NCBI GenBank assembly: GCA_013239625.1
Contig: MU054187.1
Location: 22,633,280 to 22,697,279, forward strand
Direction of reading: 5' to 3'
DNA: 64,000 nt
Source of the DNA: Lama guanicoe
Taxonomy: Eukaryota
Shown here piece by piece: positions 37,031-51,547 of this stretch (position 1 is the stretch's first letter; the number at the start of each line of letters is the position of its first letter). The position numbers and the translations under genes are program-made. The notes under the pieces were generated by a model. It ran no database searches and was not told the DNA's origin. It saw nothing but the letters and a program-made list of their open reading frames with translations.

Positions 37031-40000
37031 TCGATCCAAATCAAGCCAAATAAAATAGCAAAGCATCCACAAAATTTTAACATGCTCAATTTCTTGTTTT
37101 AGTAATACAGATACACTTCATTGCTACAATTTTTTTGTTTGTTTGTTTTTTGCTATACATTTTTATTTTGACTTCAAAAAAAGGAAGCCTGAGCATTTCC
37201 AAACTAATTACCACAGGATAAGAGCAACATCCTATGAGAAGCAATATTTTTAATAGGATTATTACACTTTAATATAAACATCTGAAACTCCTTGTGGTAT
37301 TTAAAAAAAAATTGTCAGTGATGAACTCAGCTTTGTCTAGGGCTTTTGTGTAGCACCTTAGAGATTATTAAGGCATATTGCTTGTCGTTTTCAGACACTT
37401 ACATACTCCGCACCATTTAGTTGACCATATGGAAATTTATCACTAGGGAACTTCTGTGAATAAGTATTTTCAGCTAGATGCATGTAAAAGGTAGCTACAG
37501 TAAAAATTCTGGAAATTGTTCTTAGTGTAGGATTTGTCTCTTTAATGTTATTTTCTTCTTACAAAAAGTCTCCCAGTGACAGTGATCAAGATTAAATTGT
37601 TTAAATTCTCACTCTTTTTCTATCCTCACCTCCAACAGCTTCTGGTGATGGTATGAATCAAAACCAGAACAGTCCAAAGTGGATGAACTGGTAGATTAAA
37701 GGGAAAGAATGTTTTTGTATATTTCCAATTCTGGATAATTATCATTTTTGAAATAACTTAAAATATAAGCAATATTACAAATATTGAATCCTAACTCTAC
37801 TAAAATCCCTGTCTCCTTAGCCTGGGAAGAATGCTTCTTTTTTTTTTTAATACTTTGATAATTGATGAGAATGAATCATTTTTACATTTTAGTAGCTATG
37901 AGCTCATAATTTTTCAAATCAAATTTTATGCAGATAGTATATATCCCTTAGACGTTCCTTGGCTATAGAAAAATCTCTCTGGCAAGCAGAAGGAAACAAA
38001 GTACAAACTGGAACTTCAAAATTTCAAGTCTGAGGTGGCAAAATATGTCAACACGAGTAATGTTACCAGATTCATGGGATTTCATTTCTTCTTGTTGAAA
38101 TATTTCCTGAAATGTGGGCCTAACACTACAATAATCCATAATTTTTGTGGGTTAGGGTGCATAAGGCAAGGTTCGAAGGATCTCTCAGCAGACCTCTAAT
38201 CCGATGCTTCTCAAGACAGAATCCTTTCTTTGGTCTATCTGGATATACAGATAATTTCCCACTCTTTCAAGACGTGTCTGCTGTGGACTTCATGAAATAA
38301 TTTAAAAGATTAGAAACACAGGAAGATCACGGTGTAGTGGGGTGTCATCTAAAACAGCTCTCTTACCGGACAATCCTTATCACGCCGTTCGTGACACATT
38401 AAAAAAATTATTTAATAGAGAATTACCTGGAAATGGTTACTTCCCCTGTGGTATTTTTGCAGTCTTTTGTTATGCATTTTACTGTTTAAGACATTAAAAT
38501 TATTTTTTTAATGATTGAAACTAATTATTATTGAGGACTTGGAAGATACAGGAAGGGGAAGAAAAACAATATGAGTTTCAGGTCTGCTCTTCAGAGAAAA
38601 TCATTATTAACATTCTGGTGTGTATTCTGTAAGTCTCTGTTCTGTATCTAGAATCAAAAGCATATATAAGAGATTGGATGACTTGTACGACTCTGTGTTC
38701 TGTTTTTTTGTTGTTAATAGTCTTTTAAAATTAGAATTTCCTTGTAAACATTTTAATGGCTACATAATAACCACATTTAATGCGGTTAATACTATAAAAT
38801 GCTTTCTAATCGTTTTTCGTATCCTGGCACATCTAGAGAATGGCTGTTTTTAAGACACTCTGAGGTGAACAGATGAAGGTGCTTGAGGTCAGAGGCAACT
38901 GTGCTGGGGCTCCGGCTGTAGAGACAGACCCTGTTTCCTTTGAGGGCTGAGAGGATAAGTTATTGTGTAACCGCTTCACCAGGGGGGCGGTTCTCAAGGC
39001 TTGTCTGTGCTGTTCTATCACTGGACATTTTATGATGCGTATACATTTGTAATATTATATATAATGTTGTAACATCATCTTTGATCACAAAGCTTTTTGC
39101 ACATTTACGGATCTTTCCTTAGAATAAATTCTCCAAAATAGTAGCACTGACTATTTCTGAGTATGGATATTTCTGATGCGTGTCAATTGTTTTTCTAAAG
39201 GTATATAGTGAACATTTGAGAATGTCTATTTTACCTTCCCTCCTCCAGCACTGGATATTCTTTTGAAAACATTTCTGCTAATTTGGTAGCCTGAAAAATG
39301 GCTTGTCGGTTTTGAGTACTCTCTAGGTGAATGCTTTCACATTTACTTGTGCATCATTTTTTTTTAACTTGTTAATTTCCAGTTTTGACGTCAGATTCTT
39401 TTTCCCATCTTTCTGTACGAGGTTTTCATACATTACATAAGTGTAAACATTTTCTCTGCTTATTGCATCCCTGCTCATTTAAAATAGGGACGTTTTTACT
39501 TTGATATAGTTGGATCATCCACATTTTACTTTGTCATTTCTTCCAGCTTAGAAAGTTCTCCCTGTGTTTGATGAAAGTTGTCCCTGTATTTGATAAAAGT
39601 TCACTTTAATTTTCTTATCATGTTTGAAAATTGGTTTTGGCTCACATTTCAGGCATCTGTAATCTATTTGGCTCCTTGATCTGATGTGAGGATCTAAATA
39701 CACCTTCCTTTCTTCAAAATAGCTCACCACCTAACACGATGTTTTGAAATCTTTCATGCTCCTGTGATTTATGATGTCATCCCCACCGTCCATTAATGTA
39801 TTATTCTTTCTCTAATAATCACAGATTTCTTTCTCAAAAAAGGCTAATTAATCCTCCCTAAACGTATAAATATTTATAAATAACATAATTCCTAATTCAT
39901 AGCTTTATGACGGGATCCCTTTCCTTCCAATTACAGGCGTGGTCAGAATGAAACACAGTGTTTACGTATTGCGTTGGTAAAGAGAGATGGGGGTGGGGAG

Positions 40001-40192
40001 GAGGAGGAGGAGAAAACGAGAGCTTTTTGATCATTTATTCTTCCGTAGCAGGAGCTGGCCGAGTGCACGCAGTTTAAGTTCTTTTCTAATCATTTCCTCC
40101 TACCCCTTAGTCATTGTTTCCCTTTGATCTTGTTTTTCAGCTCTGCAATTTCTCCGGTTGTACACGTTGCTGCATCGCACTCAGCGGACGGA

Positions 40193-40211
40193 CGGGCACT
40201 AGAGGGCAGTG
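40193..40211 (+). promoter_or_regulatory. Candidate CTCF site within a small CpG-rich patch
   Basis: cgggcactagagggcagtg versus CCASYAGRKGGCRS. The surrounding 40150-40390 has many CpGs. Confidence 0.5.
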
Positions 40212-43200
40212 GGCGCGCACGGTCAGGGGTGCAGACCCGGACGCTGCTCAAAGGCAGTTCTGAGCAAAGTTCAAGCCTTGTTGTGACTGACTGCCGCTGC
40301 GGCCTTTTTCCTAACTTAATCCATCCTTTGGTTCGGCAGCCCCAGCCCAGGAGGAGCCCGTGCTGGGCAGACTCCTGCAGACCGCCACGAAGCTTGTACA
40401 ACCAAGGAAAACCTTTTTTTTTTTTTTTTTGGTCTTACACTATGAACTTACACATTCACTCATTTACTCATTTGTATTTTTCACCAGAGTGAGTAACTCG
40501 GGTGTTATATCTGTGTGTTGTGATGAAGAGTGGCTTTTGCTTTCAGTTTGTGCTATTTTTCAGACTTCCTACAGTGGACATGTGTAAAAAATACACTATG
40601 AGAAAGAATAAATACCGTGAAAATGAATACTTATTGTTTCTAGCAGTCAAAACTCACTGCAAGTGATTAAAGGACCGTGTGTATGCCAGAGAGAGAGGGG
40701 GAAGAGAAATCCATCAAGCTGTGTTTCCCTATATGGTCAACCAGGGATGCTGCAAACGTAGCTGTCGGCATTGACAGAGCCAAAGGAAGAGGTTCGCAGA
40801 GAAGAAAAGGAGAATAAATCACTGGAAACTAGGCTTATTTGAAGCTGCCTGGGTGGGAGGTCCTGCCTCATCCCCCCCAAACCAAAAGCCTTGTGGCTTT
40901 TGCCACCTCCTTGCAGGCCCTTTCTGCCCAGACTTTGGAACCACCTCGGGGACCTGGAGGCCCCTCTCCCGTGGGTTGATCTCTAGCTGATTTCACCCAC
41001 CCTGGGGGGAGCTGAACGGGGAGCTCTGTGTTAGGGGTGTCAGCAGCGACGTGTTCCGACGTAGAACTTGGAATAGAGTTTCTCACAGATTTGTTCTGCA
41101 GTTCTTTCCAAGCGGCACTGGTCTGAAGTAAATTATAATCTAATTTGAATACTGTACGTCTGCCTTGGCATCTAAGTGCTGCTTTTAACATTGTTACAAT
41201 GGAACAAAGTGCATTAGGAGTTTCAAACAACCAATGACTTCTATTTTTTTTAAATGAAGAGCATTATCTGTACAAGCAAACGACAGGGGGTAGCAGGTCT
41301 CCTTCATTCTGGGGTCACTAGCAACCAGGAACTAGAAATGTGGTCTTAGCAGCTAAATTTAAGGACAGATTAGAGTTCAAATTAGATTTGGAATTAATTT
41401 ACACTAGCCCATGCCCAAGCATTTAAAGCTGTCCACAGACGGTAAACCCCTCCCCAAACTTCTCAAAAAGCATCTTGGAAGAAGCAAGTTGCCTAGGAAT
41501 TCTAATTAATTCTGCTGAAGTTGTTTGCCAATATTTCACTTTGAGTAGAATTCTCGTATGTATTTCTGTCAGTGAGTAGGCAGCTTTTTTTCCAGGGCCA
41601 ATTAAAATTCAGGTCTTGGAAAGTTTTCATTGTCATTGTTGAAGTTTTCTTGACTATACTTACCTGCCAAAATTAGACTACGGCTCAGTAAACTACTTGA
41701 ATTCTCCAGAATGGATAAACTTCAGATATAAATATAAATAAAAGGTGGCCCTTTCAAAGTTGTCCATCCCTGGACTTGGGCATATGTTACATTAATGGCA
41801 AAGGTTGCAGACTTTAACATGAGAGGTTATCTGGGTGGGCCCAGTCTGATCATGTAAGCCTCTGAAAACAGAAGACCTTTCCTGGTTACAAGCAGAAAAC
41901 ATTATCAAATCCAAATACTGAGGACTGGTTGGGTACAAGGGACATAACTGACATAAGTGTATGAGGATTCAGAGCTTTGGGGATGGAGCCACAGATGGCT
42001 TACATACGGTGCCAGAGGCTTTGGCCTCAGGTGAGCAGTGAGATGTTCAATTGCTGGGCCTGCTACATGTGTATTTGCCCCAATGCATGGAGTTGATCCA
42101 GTGGTGTAGACACGGTGAGATATGGAGTAGAAAGAAGGGTGATGTAGAACCAGCTGCATCTTTGAAGCATCCAAGACAGAAACTTGTTATTACACCTGGC
42201 TAAGTCTTCACCACATCATTGATGAGCAAGAATTGTTAATTTCAGAACTTTCTTTATTGAGGCCCTGTGCTAAGAGTGAGCTAAATATGCGAATTTCATT
42301 GTACTTGTTTGTATAAATTGCCTGTTAATCAGACCACAGTTCCTTCAATATTGTGGTTTATATTCTTCAGTGAATCTTTTCAAAATTGTCTTTATAAAGT
42401 AAGGAGTGAAGTACTTTTTGTGGTCCTATTAAAACCAAATATCTGATCTAAGAGGAATAGATTGATAATTGAGTAAAAATTGCTGTGCTTAAGGGGGGCA
42501 AGTAGGCAAGCAGGCCCTCTTCCCCACAGATTAATGTCTGAACAAGGTCTATTTAAGTCTACGTGAACCATATGTTACATTTCCAGTTCCTTTCAAAACA
42601 CATGTTGGTACGATTTAAGCAAAACATTCATTACTTAAAAAAAATATCCTCTGATTCTAATTTTAAAAGCATCTGAGTAAATGCATTGCTCATTAGTGCG
42701 AGAAAAACACTGCACTGAGCTCCAAGTGGGTAAAAGTGCAGCAGCTTTGAGAGCTCTTTCGTGTGGCCGCCACTTCGATCTTAATCCTGGGGGAAGGAGA
42801 CCCTTTTCTCCAATTAGCTTTGCCTTGAATAGAAGGCTCACTGTGTCCCATAGCCTAGTGCTTTTGTTATACGCGCAGATGCCTACTGAAGCCCAGACTT
42901 TAACCATCATTCCCCTTTCATTTGAGTCTTAAATCATGTCCTAGATTCTGGAGGTGAACAACCTACGGCAATCACCCCCTGATTACCGTGCTTTCTCCAA
43001 ATCTGGTTGTCATGTGAGTCATTCGAATGATTGCAGTTAAAACCAACAATTGTCAGGAGGAAATCAAATGCATAACTTTTACTTCTTATACTTGTGGAAT
43101 CAGTTAAAAGCATGAGGGTCCAATTTTGTTTTTGACCTCACATGGCTTACAAGCATATTAAATTGTGAATTTGCTCTGAGCCGTTGGAAAAGACTTTGGC

Positions 43201-43389
43201 GGGATTTTGTGATTAAAAATATTGTGAAATCAGACATGGAGTTTGACTACATATATTCATGGAAGGAGATGTGCAGTTACTTAAGAGAAATTAATTTGAC
43301 AATATTTTAAATTTAAGCATTTTAAGAATGAAGTAAATATTTACGGGAAAAAACATTATCTTCCTGCCACAATTATATAATTGGGGGAT

Positions 43390-45110
43390 CTCATTCAGTC
43401 ATTCATTCATTCAGCATTTATTTATCGTAGGTTTTCTATATGCCAGGGATGCTTCTTGGCATTGGGACTATAGAAGTAAACATAATGAAGTTCTTCTCTG
43501 AAGTATCTTATCTTCTGTTGGGGCGAGATGGACAATTTAGACATTTAAAAAATACAGAATATATGAGGTGATGATAAATGCTACAAAGAAAAACAAGTCA
43601 GAATAAGGGAGCTGAGAAGTCAAAGGACTGTGATTGTCTATGTGATGGTCTGGGAACGTCCCTCCAGTACGGTGACCGTGGAGCAGAAGTGAGGGAGGAG
43701 GTCATGAGCGATCTGAGGGAAGACTGTTCCAGGGTGCGTGGGTCAGGGTGAGGGTGTGAGTGGTGGGAGCTAAGGTTTGAGGAGCAGTGGAGAGGTTGGG
43801 GGAGGGGGATAACGTAAGGCCCTGTGGGCCTTTGTGAGAACTTCAACTTTCACTCAAAATGAAATGGGAAGCCACTGGAGAGTCTGGAGGAGAAAGAGAT
43901 GATTTGCCTTTCAACATGGTCACCCAGGCTGTTCTGTTGAACACAGATCATAGGGGCGCAAACAGCGGACAGGAGACCATTGCAATAGCTATGTGAGAGA
44001 TGATGGACTAAGGTTGTGGCAGTGAAGATGTTGAGATGTAGTAAATTCTGAGTATATCCCAAAGGAATAGCCAATAGAATTTGCTATTGGATTGGGTATG
44101 TGAACCTAGAAAGAACTGGGTGAATTTTTGGCATGAGAAAATAGAATGAAATGCCTTGTACTGACATAAGGAAGATTGGAAGGAATAGATTTGGAAGAGG
44201 TGAGGGAAATTAAGAGTTGGTTTTGGATGTGTACATTTGGCGTGTTTAATAGGCACCCAGTGAAGATACTAAGTAAGCAACTGGTATTTGAAACTGAGGT
44301 TCTGGGGAGAGAACTGGACTGGAGATATAAATTTGGGAGTCATCAGGGTGTCAGTGTTGCTTAAAGCCATAGGACCAGGTAAAATCACATACTAAGGGGA
44401 TGTAGGAAGGGCAGATGAGGGGTCTGAAGATTGTGCTTGGGACTTTCCAAGATTAGGGGCTGGGGAGATGAGGAGGAGACATCAATGAACAGTGAGGGGG
44501 GTGGTGAGAGAGAGAGGTATCTGGGAAACCAAATGAGGGTTGTGTTTCAAGGAGGGAGTGAGCAGTCAACACTGGATTGCTGCTGAGGGGTTGGAAAAAG
44601 CAGAACTGTGGCTTGACCATTGGCTTCAGCAGTGTATTGGGCATTGCTGTGTTGGTAAAAGTGGGTAAAACCAATAAAAACTTTCAAAAATGTAGACATA
44701 AACTGGTGGAATGAAGGAATAAAATCCTGGTTGAAACAGAATCCAGAGGACATGGGAGGAGGGGAAGTGGAAAAAGTGAATACAGATAATTGGTTTGAGG
44801 AGACGTGCTGTAGAGGGGAGCAAATAGGATGATGGCTGATGCTCCCGTGAAACTAAGGGAGGCATTTTGTTGCCATTGTTTAAATGTGAGAAATACTACA
44901 ACATGTTTAATGCTTATAGAAGTGATCCAACAGAGAGAGAAAAAATTACACGTAGCAGGAGAAAGGGAACACTGCCAGTGTGACATCCTGAGTAGGTGAG
45001 GGGGATGAGCTCATGAGTGGAGTCAGCCTCGAAACACCGTGTGTTCGGCTCATCCACTGTGACAGGAGCAAAGGCTGATGAAGGGTACAGATCCAATGAA
45101 GACATCCAAT
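43390..45110 (-). mobile_element. L2 LINE fragment, about 1.7 kb
   Basis: Begins with the cattcattcattcagcattt tail, followed by purine-rich antisense L2 text (aaatgggaagccactggag, ggagatataaatttgggagtcatcag). Confidence 0.8.
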
Positions 45111-45117
45111 GAAGACA

Positions 45118-45898
45118 TTCAAAAGTCCATAAGTCATAAATACTGGAGAGAGTGTGGGGAAAAAGGAACCCTCTTGCACTGTTGGTGGGAATGTAAATTG
45201 GTGTGGCCATAATGGAAAACATTATGAAGTTTCCTTAAAAAACTAAAAATAGAATTACCATATGACCCAGCAATCCCATTCCTGGGCATCTGTCTGGACA
45301 AAAATATAATTCAGAAAACACATGCACCCCAATGTTCACAGCAGCACTATTTACAATAACTAAGACATGGGAACAACCTAAATGTCCATCAGCAGATGAC
45401 TGGATAAAGAAGTTAGGGTATATATGTACAGTGGAATACCACTCAGCCATGGAAAAGAATGAAATAATTCCCTTTGCAGCAACATGGCTGGACCTAAAGA
45501 TTATCATACTAAGTGAAGAAAGTCAGACAGAGAAAGACAAATGTTATATGGTATCACTTATATGTGGAATCTATGAGACAAATGAACTTATTTACAAAAC
45601 AGAAATAGACTAACAGACTTAGAAAACAAACTTACAGTTACCAAAGGGGAAGGAGGGTGGAGTGTGGAGGAGGGATAAATTAGGAGTTTGGGATTTGCAG
45701 ATACAAACAACTATATATAAAATAGATAAACAATAAGGTCCTACTATATAGCATAGGAAAACTATACTTAATATCTTATAATAACCTCTAATGAAAATGA
45801 AATGTATATATAACCATGTATGTATGACTGAATCACTTTGCTATAGACCAGCAACTAACACAACATTGTAAATCAACTACAGTTCAATTAAAAAAAAA
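45118..45898 (+). mobile_element. 5'-truncated L1 (ORF2 end and 3' UTR)
   Basis: Track ORF 45332-45613 MFTAALFTITKTWEQPKCPSADDWIKK... is the ORF2 C-terminus, followed by poly-A. Confidence 0.92.
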
Positions 45899-46049
45899 GG
45901 GCAGGGTGTATGTATTTTTTTATTTAATTCTTATTTTGTGGTTGGCTTTATTCCTTTGATAGTCATGTAAGTTTAAACAGCTAAAGCTCTCAGTGTTCTT
46001 AGAAACAACGAACAGTACATATATGTAAATTAAAAAATACATGTGTAGT

Positions 46050-46575
46050 AAAAAAAAAAAAGAACTATTAAGCCATGAAAGACATGGAAGAAACTTAAAA
46101 GACATATTACTAAGTGAAAGAAGCCAATCTGATAAGGCTACAAACTGTACGATTCCAACAAAATGAGAAAAGGTACAGCTACAGAAACAATAAAAAGATC
46201 GTGGTTTCCAGGAGTTTGGGGAGAGGGAGGGAGGGAGGAATGAATAGATGGAGCACAAGGGATTTTTAGGGCAATGAAGTTATTCTGTGTGATACTATAG
46301 CAGTGGCTACATGTCATTACGCATTTGTGAAAACCCATAGAATGTACAGCATCAAGAGTGAACCCTCATGTAAACTATGGACTTTGGTTGATAATAATGC
46401 ATCCATGTTGGTTCAACGATTGTACCAAATACGCCCCACTGATGAGTGATGCTGAGGGTAGGGGAGCATATACGTGTGGGTGGGGAGGGCTATGTGTGAA
46501 TTCTGTATTTTCTGCTCAATTCTGCTGTGAACCTGCAACTGCTCTAAAAAAAGAGTCTATTAATTAAAAAAAAAA
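46050..46575 (+). mobile_element. Old L1MC-like 3' UTR
   Basis: catattactaagtgaaagaagccaatctg...gtgaaccctcatgtaaactatggactttggttgataat, A tail. Confidence 0.75.
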
Positions 46576-49339
46576 GGCACAGATCAGACACATGTTACAC
46601 TTGGTGGTGGAAGCTTGTGGAACTTCTGATCCATGCTGCTTTGTCAACTTGTCCCCTTGCTGCTTTTTCCTACAGAGCAGACTTGTTTCACTATTGTCTG
46701 TCAGTGTCTTACCATGACCAGGGCTTGGCTGGGCTCAAACTGGCCTGTTTCTGTCAGTTGGATGCCCAAATGAGGACTCTGGTGGACGGTTGCATGTGAA
46801 CAGTTAGACTGAAATGAATCATTAGGCTCAGCAGGTGGCTGATGGCTGGCACCTTCACTAGACGTGAGACTATTTCTCATCTCAGCAGAATTAGGGCGAA
46901 CATTTATTGGTATAGGATCATTGGACATTCAAGCTCTCAGTTTCACGTTTTACATTATATAACGAACTGACCTGATACTATGGGATGCCGGAAGAGGGCA
47001 ACAATAAATGAAAATGTTCCATTTCATGTAAAGGAAAAACTATCAAGACATTTCATGTCTCGCAAAAACAGCTGTAATTGAAAACTTCCTATACTTAAAA
47101 TGAGAACAGTATTTAAGCCTTAAACTATATCTATTCATAAAATATTTATCAGAAACTTAAAAAATACAAATACATTTCACTTTGTGAGTCCCCCTCTAGG
47201 AATCTACCTGGAGTAGAATAAAGCATGTAATATCTTATTCACAAAGCAATTATCTTCAACAGCAGTTAGCAAGTGCCAGACACTGTGCTCAACATTTGAG
47301 ATCGAATTGTCAACCCCTCTGGCAATTGCCTCACATTAGCAAATGAGTAATTCTCCCCACACCTTTGCTGACTTGCTGGAACATTCAAGCCCCTGCCTTC
47401 CTCAAAAAGGGAGGAGAGCGTGTGAGGGTGTCTGATAAGCCTCCATTGCCCATCCTGAGCCCCACAGGCCAGCTTATTTCTAGGATGCTTGTGGGGCTGT
47501 TTCCCTCAATTCATCTGCATGGCTTTTTTGCTGCTTCTTGAAAATCCACACGCTGCAAATCACTGTGCCAGTTTTGCTGTTCCCCATGGCTGAGACCATC
47601 TCTCCCTAGGTGGGAATCTCTTTCTTTCCTTTCCCAGATCATTCAGCTCTTCTGTCTGCTACTGTCACCAGGTAGGGTGGTCCCCACCTCCCCACCACAT
47701 CTCTACTCTTTTGTCTCATCGTGCTCTTGTCTCCTGCTAATGCCAGTCCTTGGCATACCCATCACTTTCCTCTTCCCAAGGAGATAAATATTTTAAAAAA
47801 CACAATGAGTCATCTAGCTATTCTCTCACAATAGGAAGCTTCCATTTTACCTGTCTGAACCAGCTCTTCCAGCTTCCATCAGCCAGTTAACTTTCAAATA
47901 GAATCGACCAAACCTATCTTCTAGGCTCTTGGTGCTGAGGCATAATTGTGCTATTATAACTGCATTAAAGAGCTTGCCTATAAAAACATGCTGTTGACGT
48001 GGAAGGCCGCTTGTTAAATAATGTCAGACAAAAGATAGCTGAAATATCTTAAAATACAATATAAACCCAAATCCTAAAAATAACAAAAATAGTACTGGAA
48101 GGAAGTGCACAAAGTTATTCATTAAAATCCACACAATACTCTTACCGTGTGGACTCTGTCCTCTGTGGGCTTTACATTGGGAACAGCATTCATGAATGCT
48201 TTTCCTGTAGATCGCATCTCTAACTTTATCATGGAATTATATTCTTTATCAGTGAACCTGTTTAGAGCTAGCCTACTTTTTTAAGGCAGAGGTGGTAAAC
48301 TGTGTATGATAACCCAGGGCTTGTTTTGTTAGGCCTATCGTTTAAAAGAATTTCCATTTGTTTTGGTAGTATTCGCCTTGGGGTTTTCTTGAAACATCCA
48401 AGGATGCTGGCATCATGCAACTCCCTTTTCCAGATGGCGGCTCTCCGCCGGACTTGCTCCTTGTGGAACGGGAGAACCTGGAGGAGAGCTCAAGTTCACC
48501 TCTGCCTCCCCTTCTCTCCTGATGCTTGCTCTGTGTTTCCACGTCCCATGTGCTTTATTCAGGGGTATTATTTGCCTGCCTCATAGTCATCTGAATTTGT
48601 CTGCTTGCGTAATTTTAAAAAACTTTCCATCAATCTGTCAATTATTCTATGGTTCCCTTCACTTTGCTAGGTAAATAAGAAGACCTGTTTTTTTTTCCCC
48701 AGATGCCATAATTTAGCTGCCATAAAATCATACAAAAATTGTCTAATTTCCTTCCTTCTGTGCCAAAAAAGAAAGTAGACACACGTTCTGTCTGCTCTGG
48801 TTTTCTATGGCAACAGGTGACCGACTGGTCATCTCTCTACGATAAACAGTGAAGTGATTTAACTAGGATCCCAAACTCTTTCTGTAGGCTTTTTTCTCTC
48901 TCAGGGCAATGACGCATATTTATAAAATTTTTGTCTTTTGTCTGCTGACTCATGTCTAACCAGCTACCAGTAAACCACTCTGGCTGTGTCTGACGCTAGT
49001 CTGTTCCAACTTGGTGTGCCACATCTGATTTCCAGCACAATGTTCTTGAGTTTTAAAAGTAGAAAGCATAGCTGGAGGCTTAGCAGGTAAATTGCCAACA
49101 AATATACATACATATAATATATGTATGTGAATAATATATATATAAAATCTATGAATATTATATAAGCTCATATTATATGCTTATATATAATCTCATAATT
49201 ACTTTTTTTTTTTGAAGTTTAAATTGCGCTGTATTGCATGTCAGGATCATTGTTTCACTCCTGGGATTACATGACATGTTGATTTTGTTCTATGCTACTA
49301 ATTAAGTACATGGTGCTTCTGGTATTAAATTTTGAAAAG

Positions 49340-50025
49340 AAGAGTCTATTTCTGTCCTGTATTTATGCTTTGTTTTTTGTTGTTTGTTTGTTTTTGTTTT
49401 TTAGATTCCACATATGAGCGATCTCATATGGTATTTTTCTTTCTCTTTCTGGCTTACTTCACTTAGAATGACATTCTCCAGGAGCATCCATGTTGCTGCA
49501 AATGGCATTATGTTGTCGGTTTTTATGGCTGAATAGTATTCCATTGTATAAATATACCACCTCTTCTTTATCCAGTCACCTGTTGATGGACATTTAGGCT
49601 GTTTCCATGTTTTGGCTATTGTAAATAGTGCTGCTATGAACATTGGGGTGCAGGTGTCATCCTGAAGTAGATTTCCTTCTGGATACAAGCCCAGGAGTGG
49701 GATTCCTGGGTCATATGGTAAGTCTATTCCTAGTCTTTTGAGGACTCTCCACACTGTTTTCCATTGTGGCTGCACCAAACTGTATTCCCACCAGCAGTGT
49801 AGGAGGGTTCCCCTTTCTCCATAGGAGGGTTCCCTTTTCTCCACACTCTCTCCAGCATTTATTGTTCGTGGACTTTTGAATGATGGCCATTCTGACTGGT
49901 GTGATAGCTCATTGTAGTTTTGATTTGCATTTCTCTGATAATTAGTGATATTGAGCATTTTTTCATGTGTCTTTTGATCATTTGTATGTCTTCCTTGGAG
50001 AATTGCTTGTTTAGGTCTTCTGCCT
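49340..50025 (-). mobile_element. L1 ORF2 C-terminal fragment, truncated at both ends
   Basis: Track ORF 49401-50057 contains [39 protein letters not shown]...CTPMFIAALFTIAKTWKQPKCPS. Confidence 0.93.
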
Positions 50026-50194
50026 AAGAAAATGGAATTATAGTAGTAATATATCACAAAAGTGTCAACTTGGTTAGGTTATTAATGACATTGAAGTATC
50101 TTTTTTTTCCAGAGCTTTAAAAAATTTTTTTATTTTTTACTGAAGTGTAGTTGATTTACAATGTTAGTTTCAGGTGTATAGTAAAGTGATTCTG

Positions 50195-50250
<56 letters not shown>
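50195..50250. repeat. Perfect (ATCT)14 tetranucleotide microsatellite adjoining a short antisense L1 3' end (about 50125-50194)
   Basis: Counted directly, 56 nt. Confidence 0.95.
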
Positions 50251-50251
<1 letters not shown>

Positions 50252-51244
50252 AATCCCCCAATAAAATGATCAATTCCCAAAGAAAGTAGCAAGGAGAATT
50301 TTCATGTCTGGATATTTTGCTGATTTTTTCTTTCTTTCTTTTTTTAAGTCTATATATATTTTTTTGTAATGCAAAGTCTTTTATTTTTAAGTTAAGCTCT
50401 TTTTTTTTTGCTTCTGAATTTACATTTTAGGATTAATGTACCTCTCCAGGTTATGGAAGAATTTGCACCTTTTTTCCTAATACTTGTATGCTTTTGCTAT
50501 TTTACATTTAAAATCTCTGATTTATTGGACATTTATCCTCAGCATGAGGGACAGATCCAGTTTTACTTTTTTTTCTATATGGTACCCAATTACCCTAATA
50601 CTACGTATTTAAATCTACTTTGTTTGTACTGATTTTAGATGCCAACTTTATCATACACTTCCCTTTTATAGGCAGTTAGATCTATCTCCTTATTTTTTAT
50701 TCTGTTCTATTGGTTTATCTATTGGTTTATCTATTCATGTGCCAATACCACACTCTCTTTCTTAATTACAGATGTTTTAAATTGGTTTTAATATCTGGTA
50801 GGACTATTACCACCTCCATCACTCTTACTGTTTAGGGTTTTCCTCATTATTTTTGCTTGTTTGTTCTTCCAAGAAACTTTATAATCAACTTTCTAGTTAA
50901 AAAGAAAAAAAAGGAAAAGGAAAAAAGAAATCCAAAACAGAAAAACAAAAGCAAATACCTGATGTATTTTATGATTCTACAGGTTCTGTGTGTAATATTT
51001 TCATTGTTATTACTTTCTGGAAATATAATAATTTTTACTAACGATTTATTTGTTGAGCTAAGGGTCACTTAAATGTGTGTTTTAAATATTAGTTATGTGA
51101 GTTTTTTTCCAAAATTTTAATTTTTTAAAAATTAACTTCTAACTTTATCGCATAGTGGTTAGAAAATATATTCAATGTGAAATCTTTAAAATTTACTGAG
51201 ACCTACTTTAGATCTCAACTTGTGAAATGGTCACTTCTATTGAA

Positions 51245-51395
51245 ATGGTTCTCCATCCGGGATGACCTTAGAATTACTTTAAGAGATTTTCAGACACACT
51301 AATGCCTAGAACCCACCCTAGACCAATAAAACCAGTTATCACTGGGGGTAGAACTCAAATATTTATATTTTTAAGATGCTCCTGGGAGATTTTAC
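51245..51395. mobile_element. MER5-like DNA transposon fragment
   Basis: tggttctc...ttagaattac...atgcctagaacccaccctagaccaataaaaccag...tatttttaagatgctcc. Confidence 0.55.
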
Positions 51396-51547
51396 AGTGT
51401 AAAATCTTTTTACAGTCTGGACATAGTGTACTGTGAATTTCTGTAATGTTCTATGTAAGCTTGAAATAACTGCATTCTTCAGTTACAGGATATGAGGGTT
51501 CTCTAAATGTCCTTTAGATTTAATTTGTGTTGTTCAAATATATACTA

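Noticed and set aside
36862..37089. R/E/G/K-rich ORF
   Set aside because: Translation of a polypurine low-complexity repeat.
38972..38992. Third CTCF-like motif (ttcaccaggggggcgg)
   Set aside because: The extra G and mismatched 5' end make it a weak match.
41900..42250. Coding-looking stretch, possible processed pseudogene
   Set aside because: The translations I tried gave nothing recognisable, and I saw no poly-A or TSD. A BLASTX search would be needed.
49401..50057. Longest ORF in the track (218 aa) as a candidate nested gene
   Set aside because: It is L1 ORF2 debris. Its length comes from different L1 frames joined by indels, including a 22 bp tandem duplication at 49800-49843.
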